Source of the DNA: an uncultured Bacteroidota bacterium
Lineage (GTDB): Bacteria > Bacteroidota > Bacteroidia > Bacteroidales > WCHB1-69
Reading direction: 5' to 3'
Assembly (NCBI GenBank): GCA_902774175.1
Contig: CACYHG010000003.1
Coordinates: forward strand, 7,730 to 71,729
DNA: 64,000 bases
Shown here: piece after piece, positions 1 to 8,496 of the stretch
How positions within the stretch are numbered: position 1 is the first letter of the stretch
Layout of the letters: each line of letters starts with the position of its first letter
Made by a program: the position numbers and the translations under genes
The notes under the pieces: generated by a model
The model's input: the letters and a program-made list of their open reading frames with translations, nothing else
The model's database searches: none
Told to the model about the DNA's origin: nothing

Positions 1-570
1 TTGCGCCACCTTCTGCTGCAGCGTGACAATCTTCTCCGACACCGCATCGAAGGAGCGGCCTATCCGCCCCACGCGGTAGATGTCGCCGGTGTCTAACCGC
101 AGCGAAATCCAAAAGTCCGCCGCCTCCGGAGCATCCGCAAAGCAGAGCGGGATACGCCGCGCCCTGTCGTCGTGCGGAAAAATGCAGAGGCAGTCCGGAT
201 ACAACGCCACCTTGGCGATGCCGTGCGCCTCCATACCCTGCTCCGTATAGGCGTAATCGCCCTCACCGGCATACAGCGGCTCAGAAGCGACAAAGAGAGC
301 CTCGCGGCTCCTTTCGCCATACGCCTCCCACAGCTTCTCAAAAAAATCCTCCGTCTGAAGGCCCAAACTGGAAATCTCCACCTTTCCGGAGGCGGTCTCC
401 AGCACAACACGGTAGTCTATCAGACGGATATCCGACAAATCGGAATAATCCACCTGCATGCCGCCCCCCTTTGTCCGGACGGACAAGGCCTCACCGCCGA
501 TCATGCACTCCGCCTCGGCCTCCAGCCTGTCACAAGAGACCCTGCAACTATATGCTCCGGAATCAGCCAT
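1..570 (-). CDS. hypothetical protein, C-terminus cut by window edge
   Basis: Hand translation of the minus strand. ATG at 570-568, open for 190 codons to position 1 (MADSGAYSCRVSCDRLEAEAE...SEKIVTLQQKVAQ). Absent from the ORF track because it has no in-window stop. It starts 4 nt after the stop of the upstream zinc-ribbon gene. No family recognised. Confidence 0.55.
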   Translation of the reverse strand, partial: MADSGAYSCRVSCDRLEAEAECMIGGEALSVRTKGGGMQVDYSDLSDIRLIDYRVVLETASGKVEISSLGLQTEDFFEKLWEAYGERSREALFVASEPLYAGEGDYAYTEQGMEAHGIAKVALYPDCLCIFPHDDRARRIPLCFADAPEAADFWISLRLDTGDIYRVGRIGRSFDAVSEKIVTLQQKVAQ

Positions 571-574
571 GGCC

Positions 575-1321
575 TCAGAGTTTGGTCCCGCACTCGCTGC
601 AGAAGCGCGTCCCGGGCTCCTGCTCCTTCCCGCATTGCGGGCAATGTATCTTACCTCCCACAGGCGTGCCGCATTCACTGCAGAACTTGGTATTCTGTTG
701 CAGCATGGCGCCGCACTTCGGGCATTTCAGCATGCCGAGCGGCTGCCCGCAGTTGTTGCAGAACTTGCCCTGTCCGGCAGGCTTGCCGCAATGGGGGCAG
801 ACTGTCGTGCGCTCCTCAAGCTTTCCGTGCCATACCGTGGCGGTCTGCGCCTCCTCGTCAATGTTGCGGCGCATCGCCTCGTTGCGGGCCTTGGCCACAT
901 AGCTGCTCTCGCGGGGTGCGCAGGTGACGCAGAGGCCCTCCTCCTCGTTCCAGCAGTCGGAACAGACCCACTGGTTGCATGAGGGGCATTTCATGAAACT
1001 GGACTTAACCTCCGCCTGCGCCTCGTCGAACGATTTCTCCTGCTCCTTGCGCCATTGCGGGCTGCGGTCCTCCATCCGGTCGCGCAGCACATTGGCCCCC
1101 GACTCAATGGCGTTGCCTATACTGCCAAGACGCCCGCCCAGCAGGCCGCTGAGAATGCCGACACCGCGTCCGAAACCCTCCGTCCGCTTGCGGCTGTTAT
1201 AGGTGGAAGACTCCTTGAAAGTGGATTTGAATCCGTTACCGCAGCAGTCGCAGTAAAACTCATACTGGAATCCCGCGTCAGTGGACAAATCGTTGTAATT
1301 TCTGGTAAAACTGTGCAACAT
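575..1321 (-). CDS. zinc-ribbon domain protein with three C-terminal double-zinc-ribbon repeats
   Basis: ORF 575..1414 trimmed to the internal ATG (MLHSFTRNYND). Three tandem CPxCG-x7-10-(K/R)FCxxCG units at the C-terminus plus further CxxC pairs upstream. Confidence 0.7.
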   Translation of the reverse strand: MLHSFTRNYNDLSTDAGFQYEFYCDCCGNGFKSTFKESSTYNSRKRTEGFGRGVGILSGLLGGRLGSIGNAIESGANVLRDRMEDRSPQWRKEQEKSFDEAQAEVKSSFMKCPSCNQWVCSDCWNEEEGLCVTCAPRESSYVAKARNEAMRRNIDEEAQTATVWHGKLEERTTVCPHCGKPAGQGKFCNNCGQPLGMLKCPKCGAMLQQNTKFCSECGTPVGGKIHCPQCGKEQEPGTRFCSECGTKL

Positions 1322-1557
1322 GACGAAATACAAATGTGGGCTCACGGTCAAAACTCCCCTGTTTTTCCGGACACCGCGACGAACCCACATGAACCGCAAT
1401 GACAGGAAAAACAATTTGCAAAAATAATGTTTTTACCAATACAAAACATATTCCGGCGGATTTTTGGAAAAAATTTTTGTCTGCTGCCATCTTGTCAGTT
1501 CCTGCGCTTTGGTACGGCATTTGATATGGAGACCCCCGTGTTTAAAATCGAATAATT

Positions 1558-3438
1558 ATGGCAAAAGAACAGAAAAAAGGCAGCATCAGCGTGCAGACCG
1601 AAAACATTTTTCCAGTAATAAAAAAGTTCCTGTACTCTGACAATGAGATATTCCTGCGCGAACTGGTCTCCAACGCGGTGGATGCCACATTAAAACTCCA
1701 GACATTGGCCTCCATGGGCAAGATCCAGGGGGAGATCGGCGACACCACCATTGAAATCCGGTTAGATGAGAAGAAAAAGCTGCTCGTCATCTCCGACAAG
1801 GGCATCGGCATGACGGCGGACGAGGTGGAGCGCTACATCAACAACATAGCATTTTCCGGAGCCAGCGAGTTCCTGGACAAATACAAGGAGGCTGACGCGG
1901 CCAAGCTGATCGGCCATTTCGGCCTCGGATTCTATTCCGCCTTCATGGTGTCGGACCGCGTGGAGATACTCACAAAATCCTATCAGGATGCTCCCGCAGT
2001 GCACTGGGAGTGCGACGGCAACACCGAATTCACGCTTGAAGAGGGGAAAAAGGCGGAGCGCGGCACGGATGTCATCCTGCACATCTCGGATGACGCCAAA
2101 GAGTTCCTGGATGAGATCCGGATCCTGAACCTGCTGAAGAAATACGGCAAGTTCCTGCCGGTGCCGGTGCGTTTCGGCAATGAGAAAAAATGGGAGAAGC
2201 CCGAAGGCGAGGAGAAGGAAAAGGAGATTGAGGTCCCAAGGATCATCAACAACACCAAGCCGTTGTGGAAACAGAACCCCTCCGAGCTCAAAGATGAGGA
2301 CTACGACAAATTCTACCGCGAACTGTACCCATACAGTTTCGACCAGCCGCTGTTCCACATCCACATCAACATCGAATACCCGTTCCAGCTGACCGGCATC
2401 CTCTATTTCCCGAAGGCCAAGGAGCGCATCGAGGTGCAGAAGGACAAAATCCAGCTCTACTGTAACCAGGTCTTCATCACCGACAATGTGGAGGGCATTG
2501 TGCCAGAGTTCCTGATGCTGCTGCACGGCGTGATTGACTCCCCCGACATTCCGCTGAACGTGAGCCGCAGCTACCTGCAGAGCGACAGCAATGTCAAGAA
2601 GATTTCCGCACATATCACCAAAAAGGTGGCTGACAAGCTTGAGGAGATGTTCAAGAACGACCGCGCCGACTTCGAGAAGAAATGGGACGACATCAGGACC
2701 TTCATGCAGTACGGCGTGCTCACCGACGAGAAGTTCTTCGAGCGTGCCGAAAAGTTCATGCTGCTGAAAAACACCGAGGGCAACTATTTCACCATCGACG
2801 AATACGAAAAGAAGATCGAGACCCTGCAGAAGGACAAGAACGGCACGCTGGTGCACCTGTACGCCACAAACATAGAGGAACAGTACGCCCCATGCCAGGA
2901 GGCCAAGGCCAAGGGCTACGATGTGCTGCTGCTTGACGGCATTCTCGATGTGCACTTCATCAACTTCCTGGAGCAGAAAAAGGAGAAGATAAGCTTCGCC
3001 CGCATCGATGCCGATGTGATGGACAAGCTGATCCAGAAGGAGGAGGCACTGCCCTCCAAATTCAGCGAGGAGGAGCAGAAAAAGTTGAAGGAGCTGTTTG
3101 AAAAACAGGTTCCCGCCGACAAGTTCACGGTGATTTTGGAGAACATGCAGGAGAATGACCTGCCGATATACATCACCAAGCCGGAGTTCATGCGCCGCTG
3201 GAACGACATGCAGAAAATCAGCGGACAGCCATCTTTCTACGGCATGGGCGAGGAAAAGTGCAACCTGGCGGTCAACACAAACCACCCTGTCGTGGCCGCA
3301 CTGCTTGCCGACAGCGACGAGGCGCACGCAAAGGAGGTATGCTCGCAGCTGATCGACCTGGCACTGCTCTCCCAGCAGATGCTCAAGGGCGAGGCGTTGT
3401 CGAAGTTCATCGAACGGAGCGTGGGGATGATCCGGTAG
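1558..3438 (+). CDS. htpG: molecular chaperone HtpG (Hsp90 family)
   Basis: 626 aa. N-terminal GHKL ATPase motifs (FLRELVSNAVDA, DKGIGMT, GHFGLGFYSAFMV), typical HtpG length and architecture. Confidence 0.97.
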   Translation: MAKEQKKGSISVQTENIFPVIKKFLYSDNEIFLRELVSNAVDATLKLQTLASMGKIQGEIGDTTIEIRLDEKKKLLVISDKGIGMTADEVERYINNIAFSGASEFLDKYKEADAAKLIGHFGLGFYSAFMVSDRVEILTKSYQDAPAVHWECDGNTEFTLEEGKKAERGTDVILHISDDAKEFLDEIRILNLLKKYGKFLPVPVRFGNEKKWEKPEGEEKEKEIEVPRIINNTKPLWKQNPSELKDEDYDKFYRELYPYSFDQPLFHIHINIEYPFQLTGILYFPKAKERIEVQKDKIQLYCNQVFITDNVEGIVPEFLMLLHGVIDSPDIPLNVSRSYLQSDSNVKKISAHITKKVADKLEEMFKNDRADFEKKWDDIRTFMQYGVLTDEKFFERAEKFMLLKNTEGNYFTIDEYEKKIETLQKDKNGTLVHLYATNIEEQYAPCQEAKAKGYDVLLLDGILDVHFINFLEQKKEKISFARIDADVMDKLIQKEEALPSKFSEEEQKKLKELFEKQVPADKFTVILENMQENDLPIYITKPEFMRRWNDMQKISGQPSFYGMGEEKCNLAVNTNHPVVAALLADSDEAHAKEVCSQLIDLALLSQQMLKGEALSKFIERSVGMIR

Positions 3439-3523
3439 CTGACAAAAGGAAGCCCTTCGGGACATCCCGGATCAACTTAAAACCAACAGCCGAAAAATTA
3501 CGCCGAAAAAAAAAAGCGGATGG

Positions 3524-3554
3524 TGTAGTTTTTTGGCTTTTTTTTACGTTATAC
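3524..3554 (+). promoter_or_regulatory. putative ECF-type bipartite promoter motif, copy 1 (TGTAGTTTTT..G / TTTTTTACGT)
   Basis: TGTAGTTTTTTGGCTTTTTTTTACGTTATAC. Same two blocks at the same 22-nt offset as copy 2 at 5598..5629. Lies directly upstream of, and overlapping, the annotated start of the sigma gene. Confidence 0.4.
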
Positions 3555-4027
3555 TCAATGTGAGTACGAACGATCCATTTGATGTCCTGCTTCACCGTTA
3601 TCGCGGATTGATCTTCAATCTCTGCAGGCGGTACCAACGGCGAGGTACAACCATTGAAGACCTTCTGCAAGAGGTATCAGTGGCATTGTGGCTTAACCGC
3701 GAAAAGCTGTACACGCTATCGAAGGGACCCCGACAGGTGGCACTGGTGTGGAAAATCGCACGCAACGCCATCATTGACGACCTGCGGCGCACACCGGTGA
3801 GCGAAAACCTGCCGGAAGAATATGACACCAAGGAGGAGGACCGAAGCAAAGTGCAGGAGCTGCACGAACGGATCGCCCTGCTGCCGGAACCTGACCGCAC
3901 ATTGGTAACGATGCAGCTTGAAGGCTACAGTTACGAAGAGATTGCCAAAGCGCTTGGGATGACGGTGAAAAACGTAAGTGTGAAACTGGTAAGAATAAAA
4001 GACAAAATAAGAAAGGAGTGGACATGA
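3533..4027 (+). CDS. RNA polymerase ECF-type sigma-70 factor
   Basis: Region 2 (EDLLQEVSVALW) and region 4 HTH (LEGYSYEEIAKALGMTVKNVSVKLVRIKDKIRKE). The true start may be the in-frame GTG at 3560 if the upstream motif is its promoter. Confidence 0.85.
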   Translation: MAFFYVILNVSTNDPFDVLLHRYRGLIFNLCRRYQRRGTTIEDLLQEVSVALWLNREKLYTLSKGPRQVALVWKIARNAIIDDLRRTPVSENLPEEYDTKEEDRSKVQELHERIALLPEPDRTLVTMQLEGYSYEEIAKALGMTVKNVSVKLVRIKDKIRKEWT

Positions 4028-4305
4028 TGACAGAACAGGAATTTGACACGCTGTGGCAACGTGCAGCAGCGGCACCGCATGCAACCCGCCTGTTGGAGGA
4101 ATACCCCGTCTGGCACCGCAACCGCCAACGCAGGCTGGGGGCGGCCGCCTTATTGGTGGCAGTGGCCGCTGTGGCCCTGCCCCTGCTGACTCTTCCACAG
4201 CCTGCCGCAACTGACAAAAACCATACGGCCATCTACTGCAACCGGCCGGACATCACAGACCAGTACTGGGATGAGTTGGCCGACGCACTTTTAATGGAAG
4301 CCTGA
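4024..4305 (+). CDS. putative anti-sigma factor (short single-pass membrane protein)
   Basis: ATGA overlap with the sigma gene stop. Central hydrophobic span LGAAALLVAVAAVALPLLTL. Called from position and topology only. Confidence 0.55.
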   Translation: MMTEQEFDTLWQRAAAAPHATRLLEEYPVWHRNRQRRLGAAALLVAVAAVALPLLTLPQPAATDKNHTAIYCNRPDITDQYWDELADALLMEA

Positions 4306-4321
4306 CAAAAAGCCATTGGAA

Positions 4322-4747
4322 ATGAAAAAAGTTTTATACATATTGTTGCCGTTGGCCCTTCTGATGGGGTGTGCCCGCCAGGAAAGACAGCCCGAGTGCG
4401 CGCTCTATCAACATTACGCCGTACAACAGGAGCTGAAAGTGGCGCAGGTAAACGGCTTCAAGCTAAGCGACACGGTACGCGTGGATGTGGTGATGCTGCA
4501 AGCCGAGAGCGAACAGGCATGGCAGCGGCTGACGGAGGAATTCGACATCCGTTGTGAAGAGGGTAAGGTTAGCTGGATCGGCAAGATTGACACCCCTGCC
4601 CTGCGCACACAATGGACAGGCAATCCCGTGATGCGCGTCATTGCCTCCTACAGCAGACGCACAATCGGTTTTTACCGCATCGAAACGGAGGCTCAATACG
4701 ATGCCCTGATTGATTACCAATTGGAAAGAACAAAAAACACGCATTAG
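4322..4747 (+). CDS. lipoprotein, unknown function
   Basis: Signal peptide with lipobox (LALLMGC). ORF trimmed from the TTG at 4316 to the ATG at 4322. Confidence 0.7.
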   Translation: MKKVLYILLPLALLMGCARQERQPECALYQHYAVQQELKVAQVNGFKLSDTVRVDVVMLQAESEQAWQRLTEEFDIRCEEGKVSWIGKIDTPALRTQWTGNPVMRVIASYSRRTIGFYRIETEAQYDALIDYQLERTKNTH

Positions 4748-4749
4748 AG

Positions 4750-5580
4750 ATGAAAAATACATTAAGACTTACCTTATTATTAACGGCATTGGCTGCCATC
4801 TTCATGGCGTGCGAGAAAAACAACACGACCATCGACAACGGAACAACCAATGGCAACGGAGACAATACCGCCATAGAACGTGTCATCATTTACACAGTGG
4901 GCGGCAACGAAAACCGCCGGACACTGGCCACCGAATCGGAATGGGATGCCATGCTGGACAGGCTATGCGACCAGGCTTACAACGGCAGCGAAGTCTCCTT
5001 CTGCAACATAAGCCAGCAGCGCTGTATCAAGGCAACTGGGGAAGAGGCTGTCAAAAACAACCAGACTCTCAGCACCACCAGCCGCGAGGAGATGAAGGAA
5101 TGGATGAAAAAGATGGAAAAACAGGGACTGACGGTATGCGTTTCCTACGACAAAAAATCCGGCACATGGAACGGCAAGGCCTACGCCACCGCACCCTCCC
5201 AACACACCTTGGGCAGCATCCTCGGCACCTGGCACTTCAAGTGCCTGGTGATGTCACAACTGGATGCGGACGGAAACATCAAGCACAACGACCTGTATGA
5301 ACCGGAAGCAGGTGGCGGCACCATGTACTACACCTTCTCCGCAGACGGGACATTGACACTGACGGTTCTTGGCATGGACAGCACCACTGCCACCGACAAA
5401 AGCAAATGGACGCTTTCGGACGACGGTGAGCTCAGCAGCGAACTGCTGCCGGGCGGAACAAGCTGGAACGTCAGCTGGATTACCCCCAGCACCATGATTC
5501 TCTCGCGCAACGAAAAAGGGACAGAAGAGGGTGAATATTTTTATCAGCTTCGTTTTGAATCTGTTGCGGATACCAAATAA
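4750..5580 (+). CDS. lipoprotein with C-terminal lipocalin-like region
   Basis: Lipobox (AAIFMAC). GTWHFK...YYTFSADGTLTL pattern typical of Bacteroidetes lipocalin-like domains. Confidence 0.75.
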   Translation: MKNTLRLTLLLTALAAIFMACEKNNTTIDNGTTNGNGDNTAIERVIIYTVGGNENRRTLATESEWDAMLDRLCDQAYNGSEVSFCNISQQRCIKATGEEAVKNNQTLSTTSREEMKEWMKKMEKQGLTVCVSYDKKSGTWNGKAYATAPSQHTLGSILGTWHFKCLVMSQLDADGNIKHNDLYEPEAGGGTMYYTFSADGTLTLTVLGMDSTTATDKSKWTLSDDGELSSELLPGGTSWNVSWITPSTMILSRNEKGTEEGEYFYQLRFESVADTK

Positions 5581-5597
5581 TTTTTTTCACATTTCCT

Positions 5598-5629
5598 TGT
5601 AGTTTTTGACCCATTTTTTACGTCTTTAC
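5598..5629 (+). promoter_or_regulatory. putative ECF-type bipartite promoter motif, copy 2
   Basis: TGTAGTTTTTGACCCATTTTTTACGTCTTTAC, 44 nt upstream of the 5673 ATG. Shares both blocks and spacing with 3524..3554. Confidence 0.4.
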
Positions 5630-5672
5630 ATACGAATACGAATCAATAACAAATCACAAAATTATTATCAAA

Positions 5673-6233
5673 ATGAACAAAAAAGTTTTATTCGCTGCCA
5701 TCGCAGCCATGGTTCTCTCCTTCACCGCCTGCCAGAAAGATGAAATCACTCTCCCGGGCGACAACAACACCAATCCCTCGACGCCTTTGACACCCACGCG
5801 TGTAAAGACCACCGCCGACCTCCGCAACACCGACTGGACCTTCAGCATGACCTTCGCTGATTTTCTCAGCAAAATGCTTGGATTGGATTCGACCTGCCTG
5901 CAAGGCATCCAAAACGACACTCTCGTCTTCGGTCTGACCTTCGACAGTGCCTACGCGCACTTCTCCTTCCCCGACAACATCGAGGCCTACGGTGGCGAAG
6001 AGGGCACCCTGGAGCAGATTTACGGCGTTTCCTACACCTATTCCTACGACGGCTCCACCCATACCGGATACCTTGACGGTGTGGCCGAGGATAACAACGG
6101 GAACGATGTGCCGGCCAAGCTGAAATTCACCTACAACGACATCACGGATGCCATCACCTTCGTGCTGCCGATGTTCTACGCTGAGGACAACACTCCCGTC
6201 AACCTCACACTGGTGTTCAAACGCAACGAATAA
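5673..6233 (+). CDS. lipoprotein, unknown function
   Basis: Signal peptide with lipobox (VLSFTAC). 186 aa. Confidence 0.7.
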   Translation: MNKKVLFAAIAAMVLSFTACQKDEITLPGDNNTNPSTPLTPTRVKTTADLRNTDWTFSMTFADFLSKMLGLDSTCLQGIQNDTLVFGLTFDSAYAHFSFPDNIEAYGGEEGTLEQIYGVSYTYSYDGSTHTGYLDGVAEDNNGNDVPAKLKFTYNDITDAITFVLPMFYAEDNTPVNLTLVFKRNE

Positions 6234-6249
6234 TAACCGCAGAGGGTAT

Positions 6250-6286
6250 AAAAAAAGTGGTCAGCAATGCTGACCACTTTTTTTTA
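6250..6286. terminator. bidirectional rho-independent terminator
   Basis: A-run, 10-bp stem AGTGGTCAGC/GCTGACCACT with a 3-nt loop, then T8. Sits between convergent genes. Confidence 0.6.
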
Positions 6287-7054
6287 TGCAAACCGTTTCA
6301 AATCCGCCTCCCCGTTTTCCATCACCAGGTAGCTGGCATGATGTATCCAGTCCCCCGTGTTGATGTACCGGCTTTTTTCCGTCAGGGTATAGTCACACGG
6401 CAGGTGCCGGTGGCCGAAAACGAAATAATCGAAAGATTGCTGCCGCAGCACTTCGCGGCAGTATCTGATGATGGGTTCCTCCTCGCCCCGGAAAACCTTG
6501 TCCGCCTCCTCATGGGCGCGGCGGCTCTTGAAGGAGACCGCCCGAGCCAGGCTAAACGCCTGCCGGGGATGCAGCATGGCAAACAGCCGCTGGTTGAACG
6601 GCTGCGCATAAATCCACTTGATAATGTGATAGCCATAATCTTTGGGATCAAGCGCATCGCCATGCCCCATACGGACCTTTTTCCCGTTTATCTCAACATC
6701 CACAATCCCGCGAATCTGTTTCAGTCCAATCTCATCCTGAAGGTAGGAAAAACTCCACATGTCGTGGTTGCCCAGAATGTAATATACCTGCACGCCTCTG
6801 TCAACAAGCGATGCCAGCCTTCCAAGAAAGCGCAGGCAGTGCTTGGGCACCACATCCCTGTATTCAAACCAGAAGTCGAACACGTCGCCCAGCAGGAACA
6901 GATGTGTGGCATCACCCGCAATACTGTCCAGAAAGGCGCACAGACGCGCCTCCCTCTCCCGTGAGGCATCCCAGTCGGGCAGGCCGAAATGACAGTCAGA
7001 GAGGAAAAAGACCTTGCCATTGACCGGTTCCATTGGATTGATTTTATCGCGCAT
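6284..7054 (-). CDS. lpxH: UDP-2,3-diacylglucosamine diphosphatase (LpxH)
   Basis: Calcineurin-like metallophosphoesterase motifs in the LpxH arrangement (FLSDCHFG, GDVFDFWFEY, GNHD, GHRH). Confidence 0.9.
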   Translation of the reverse strand: MRDKINPMEPVNGKVFFLSDCHFGLPDWDASREREARLCAFLDSIAGDATHLFLLGDVFDFWFEYRDVVPKHCLRFLGRLASLVDRGVQVYYILGNHDMWSFSYLQDEIGLKQIRGIVDVEINGKKVRMGHGDALDPKDYGYHIIKWIYAQPFNQRLFAMLHPRQAFSLARAVSFKSRRAHEEADKVFRGEEEPIIRYCREVLRQQSFDYFVFGHRHLPCDYTLTEKSRYINTGDWIHHASYLVMENGEADLKRFA

Positions 7055-7069
7055 TTTCTATAAATGTAT

Positions 7070-7489
7070 TCAGGTCCGGCGAAGCTTGTGCACATTGGAG
7101 GCATCAAGCGACTGCTGCAGCAGGATGCGCTGTATGGTGTCAATCAGCAGCAGGAACATTTTCAGGTCGCGGTCGCGGAACCATTGCATGGCAGACGTAT
7201 CCTGACGGCAGGCCGCCGCAAAAAGGGAGAGGAAATCATAATGGAACCTCTCCAGCCATTCGGTCGCCTCATCCTCATCATCGATGGAGTCGCTCAGGGC
7301 CGCGAATTCCGGATAACCGTTTTTCAAAAGCCAGTCAAAAGCCTCCGTGTCGGAATTGACACTGGCCGCCAAAGCCGCCAGCTCCGGATAAGCCTGCAGG
7401 TAGAGTTCCATGAAGTTCTTCTTTTTCTGGAGGCACATGTTGAAGCCCATCAGAACCTTAACATCATAATCAGTCAGACAGTGCCTCAC
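7070..7489 (-). CDS. hypothetical protein
   Basis: 139-aa ORF with a GTGA overlap to the upstream PhoH-like stop. Three loosely repeated xW(L/F)xxxxxxxF units. Start uncertain (internal ATGs). Confidence 0.5.
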   Translation of the reverse strand: MRHCLTDYDVKVLMGFNMCLQKKKNFMELYLQAYPELAALAASVNSDTEAFDWLLKNGYPEFAALSDSIDDEDEATEWLERFHYDFLSLFAAACRQDTSAMQWFRDRDLKMFLLLIDTIQRILLQQSLDASNVHKLRRT

Positions 7490-8490
7490 TCCGCGCCCTC
7501 CTGTTCCGAGGCCGCCTCACGCGTCGCCCGCTGCGCCTCATCCAAAGCCTCCTGCCGCGCGTATGCCCCTACGATGGCCGTCACCAAACGGTGCCGCACA
7601 ATGTCGCACGAATCCATGAAAATCATGCTGATTCCGGGTATATCCTTCAAAATCCGGGTGGCCTGCACCAATCCGGATTTCTGGTGCCGTGGCAGGTCAA
7701 CCTGCGTCGCGTCCCCCGTGATGAAGAACTTGGCGTTCTCACCCATCCGGGTCAGGAACATCTTAAGCTGTGTGGCGGTCGCATTCTGCGCCTCGTCCAA
7801 TATCACGTATGCATGGTCAAGCGTCCTGCCGCGCATAAAGGCCAGCGGAGCTATCTCTATTGTCTTGTCCTCCATGTAGGAGAGGAGCCGCTGCGGCGGA
7901 AGCATGTCCCTCAGCGCATCATAGAGCGGCTGCAGGTACGGGTCTAACTTGTCGCGCATGTCTCCGGGCAAAAAACCGAGATTCTCCCCAGCCTCCACCG
8001 CAGGCCGCGTCAGTATTATCCTTTTTATCTCCTTATTTTTCAAAGCCCTGACAGCCAAGGCCACCGCTGTATAGGTTTTGCCGGTTCCAGCCGGACCGAT
8101 GGCGAATATCAGATCGTTTGAAGCCGACTCGCGCAGCATCCGCAACTGGTTGGGCGTGCGTGCGCGGATAGCCTTCCCGTCCCTTCCGTACAGGATAAGG
8201 TCTCCCTCCGGCGAGCCCTCCTCCCCAATATCCTGCGCATCCTCCTCCCACAAACGGAGCAGGTCGTCGGTGCGGAGCCGCCCGTACTTGTGCAGGAACT
8301 GCCGCATCCTTTCAAAAAAGGCGGAAAATGCCTCCAGCTGCCCCTCATCTCCCATTGCACGCAGCTCCGTCCCACGCGCGACCAGCTTCAACTGCGGGAA
8401 AAGCCGCGAGAGGAACGAGACATTGTCGTTGTTGACCCCATACAGGTCCGTCAGCTCCGACGGCTCAATAACTATCTTTATGTCAGTCAT
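7486..8490 (-). CDS. phoH: PhoH-family ATPase
   Basis: Walker A GPAGTGKTYTAVA, LDEAQN, ITGDATQVDLP. Typical PhoH length. Confidence 0.93.
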   Translation of the reverse strand: MTDIKIVIEPSELTDLYGVNNDNVSFLSRLFPQLKLVARGTELRAMGDEGQLEAFSAFFERMRQFLHKYGRLRTDDLLRLWEEDAQDIGEEGSPEGDLILYGRDGKAIRARTPNQLRMLRESASNDLIFAIGPAGTGKTYTAVALAVRALKNKEIKRIILTRPAVEAGENLGFLPGDMRDKLDPYLQPLYDALRDMLPPQRLLSYMEDKTIEIAPLAFMRGRTLDHAYVILDEAQNATATQLKMFLTRMGENAKFFITGDATQVDLPRHQKSGLVQATRILKDIPGISMIFMDSCDIVRHRLVTAIVGAYARQEALDEAQRATREAASEQEGAE

Positions 8491-8496
8491 GGGCTG

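Noticed and set aside
172-982. Plus-strand ORFs of 143-251 aa overlapping the zinc-ribbon gene and the edge ORF
   Set aside because: Arg/Pro/Ala-rich shadow frames. The minus-strand frames carry recognisable zinc-ribbon repeats and operon-like spacing.
1762-3465. 567-aa minus-strand ORF antisense to htpG, plus several shorter ORFs inside htpG
   Set aside because: It is fully nested antisense to a gene with unmistakable HtpG motifs. The translation is Leu/Val/Gln-rich low-information sequence, typical of shadow ORFs opposite GC3-biased genes.
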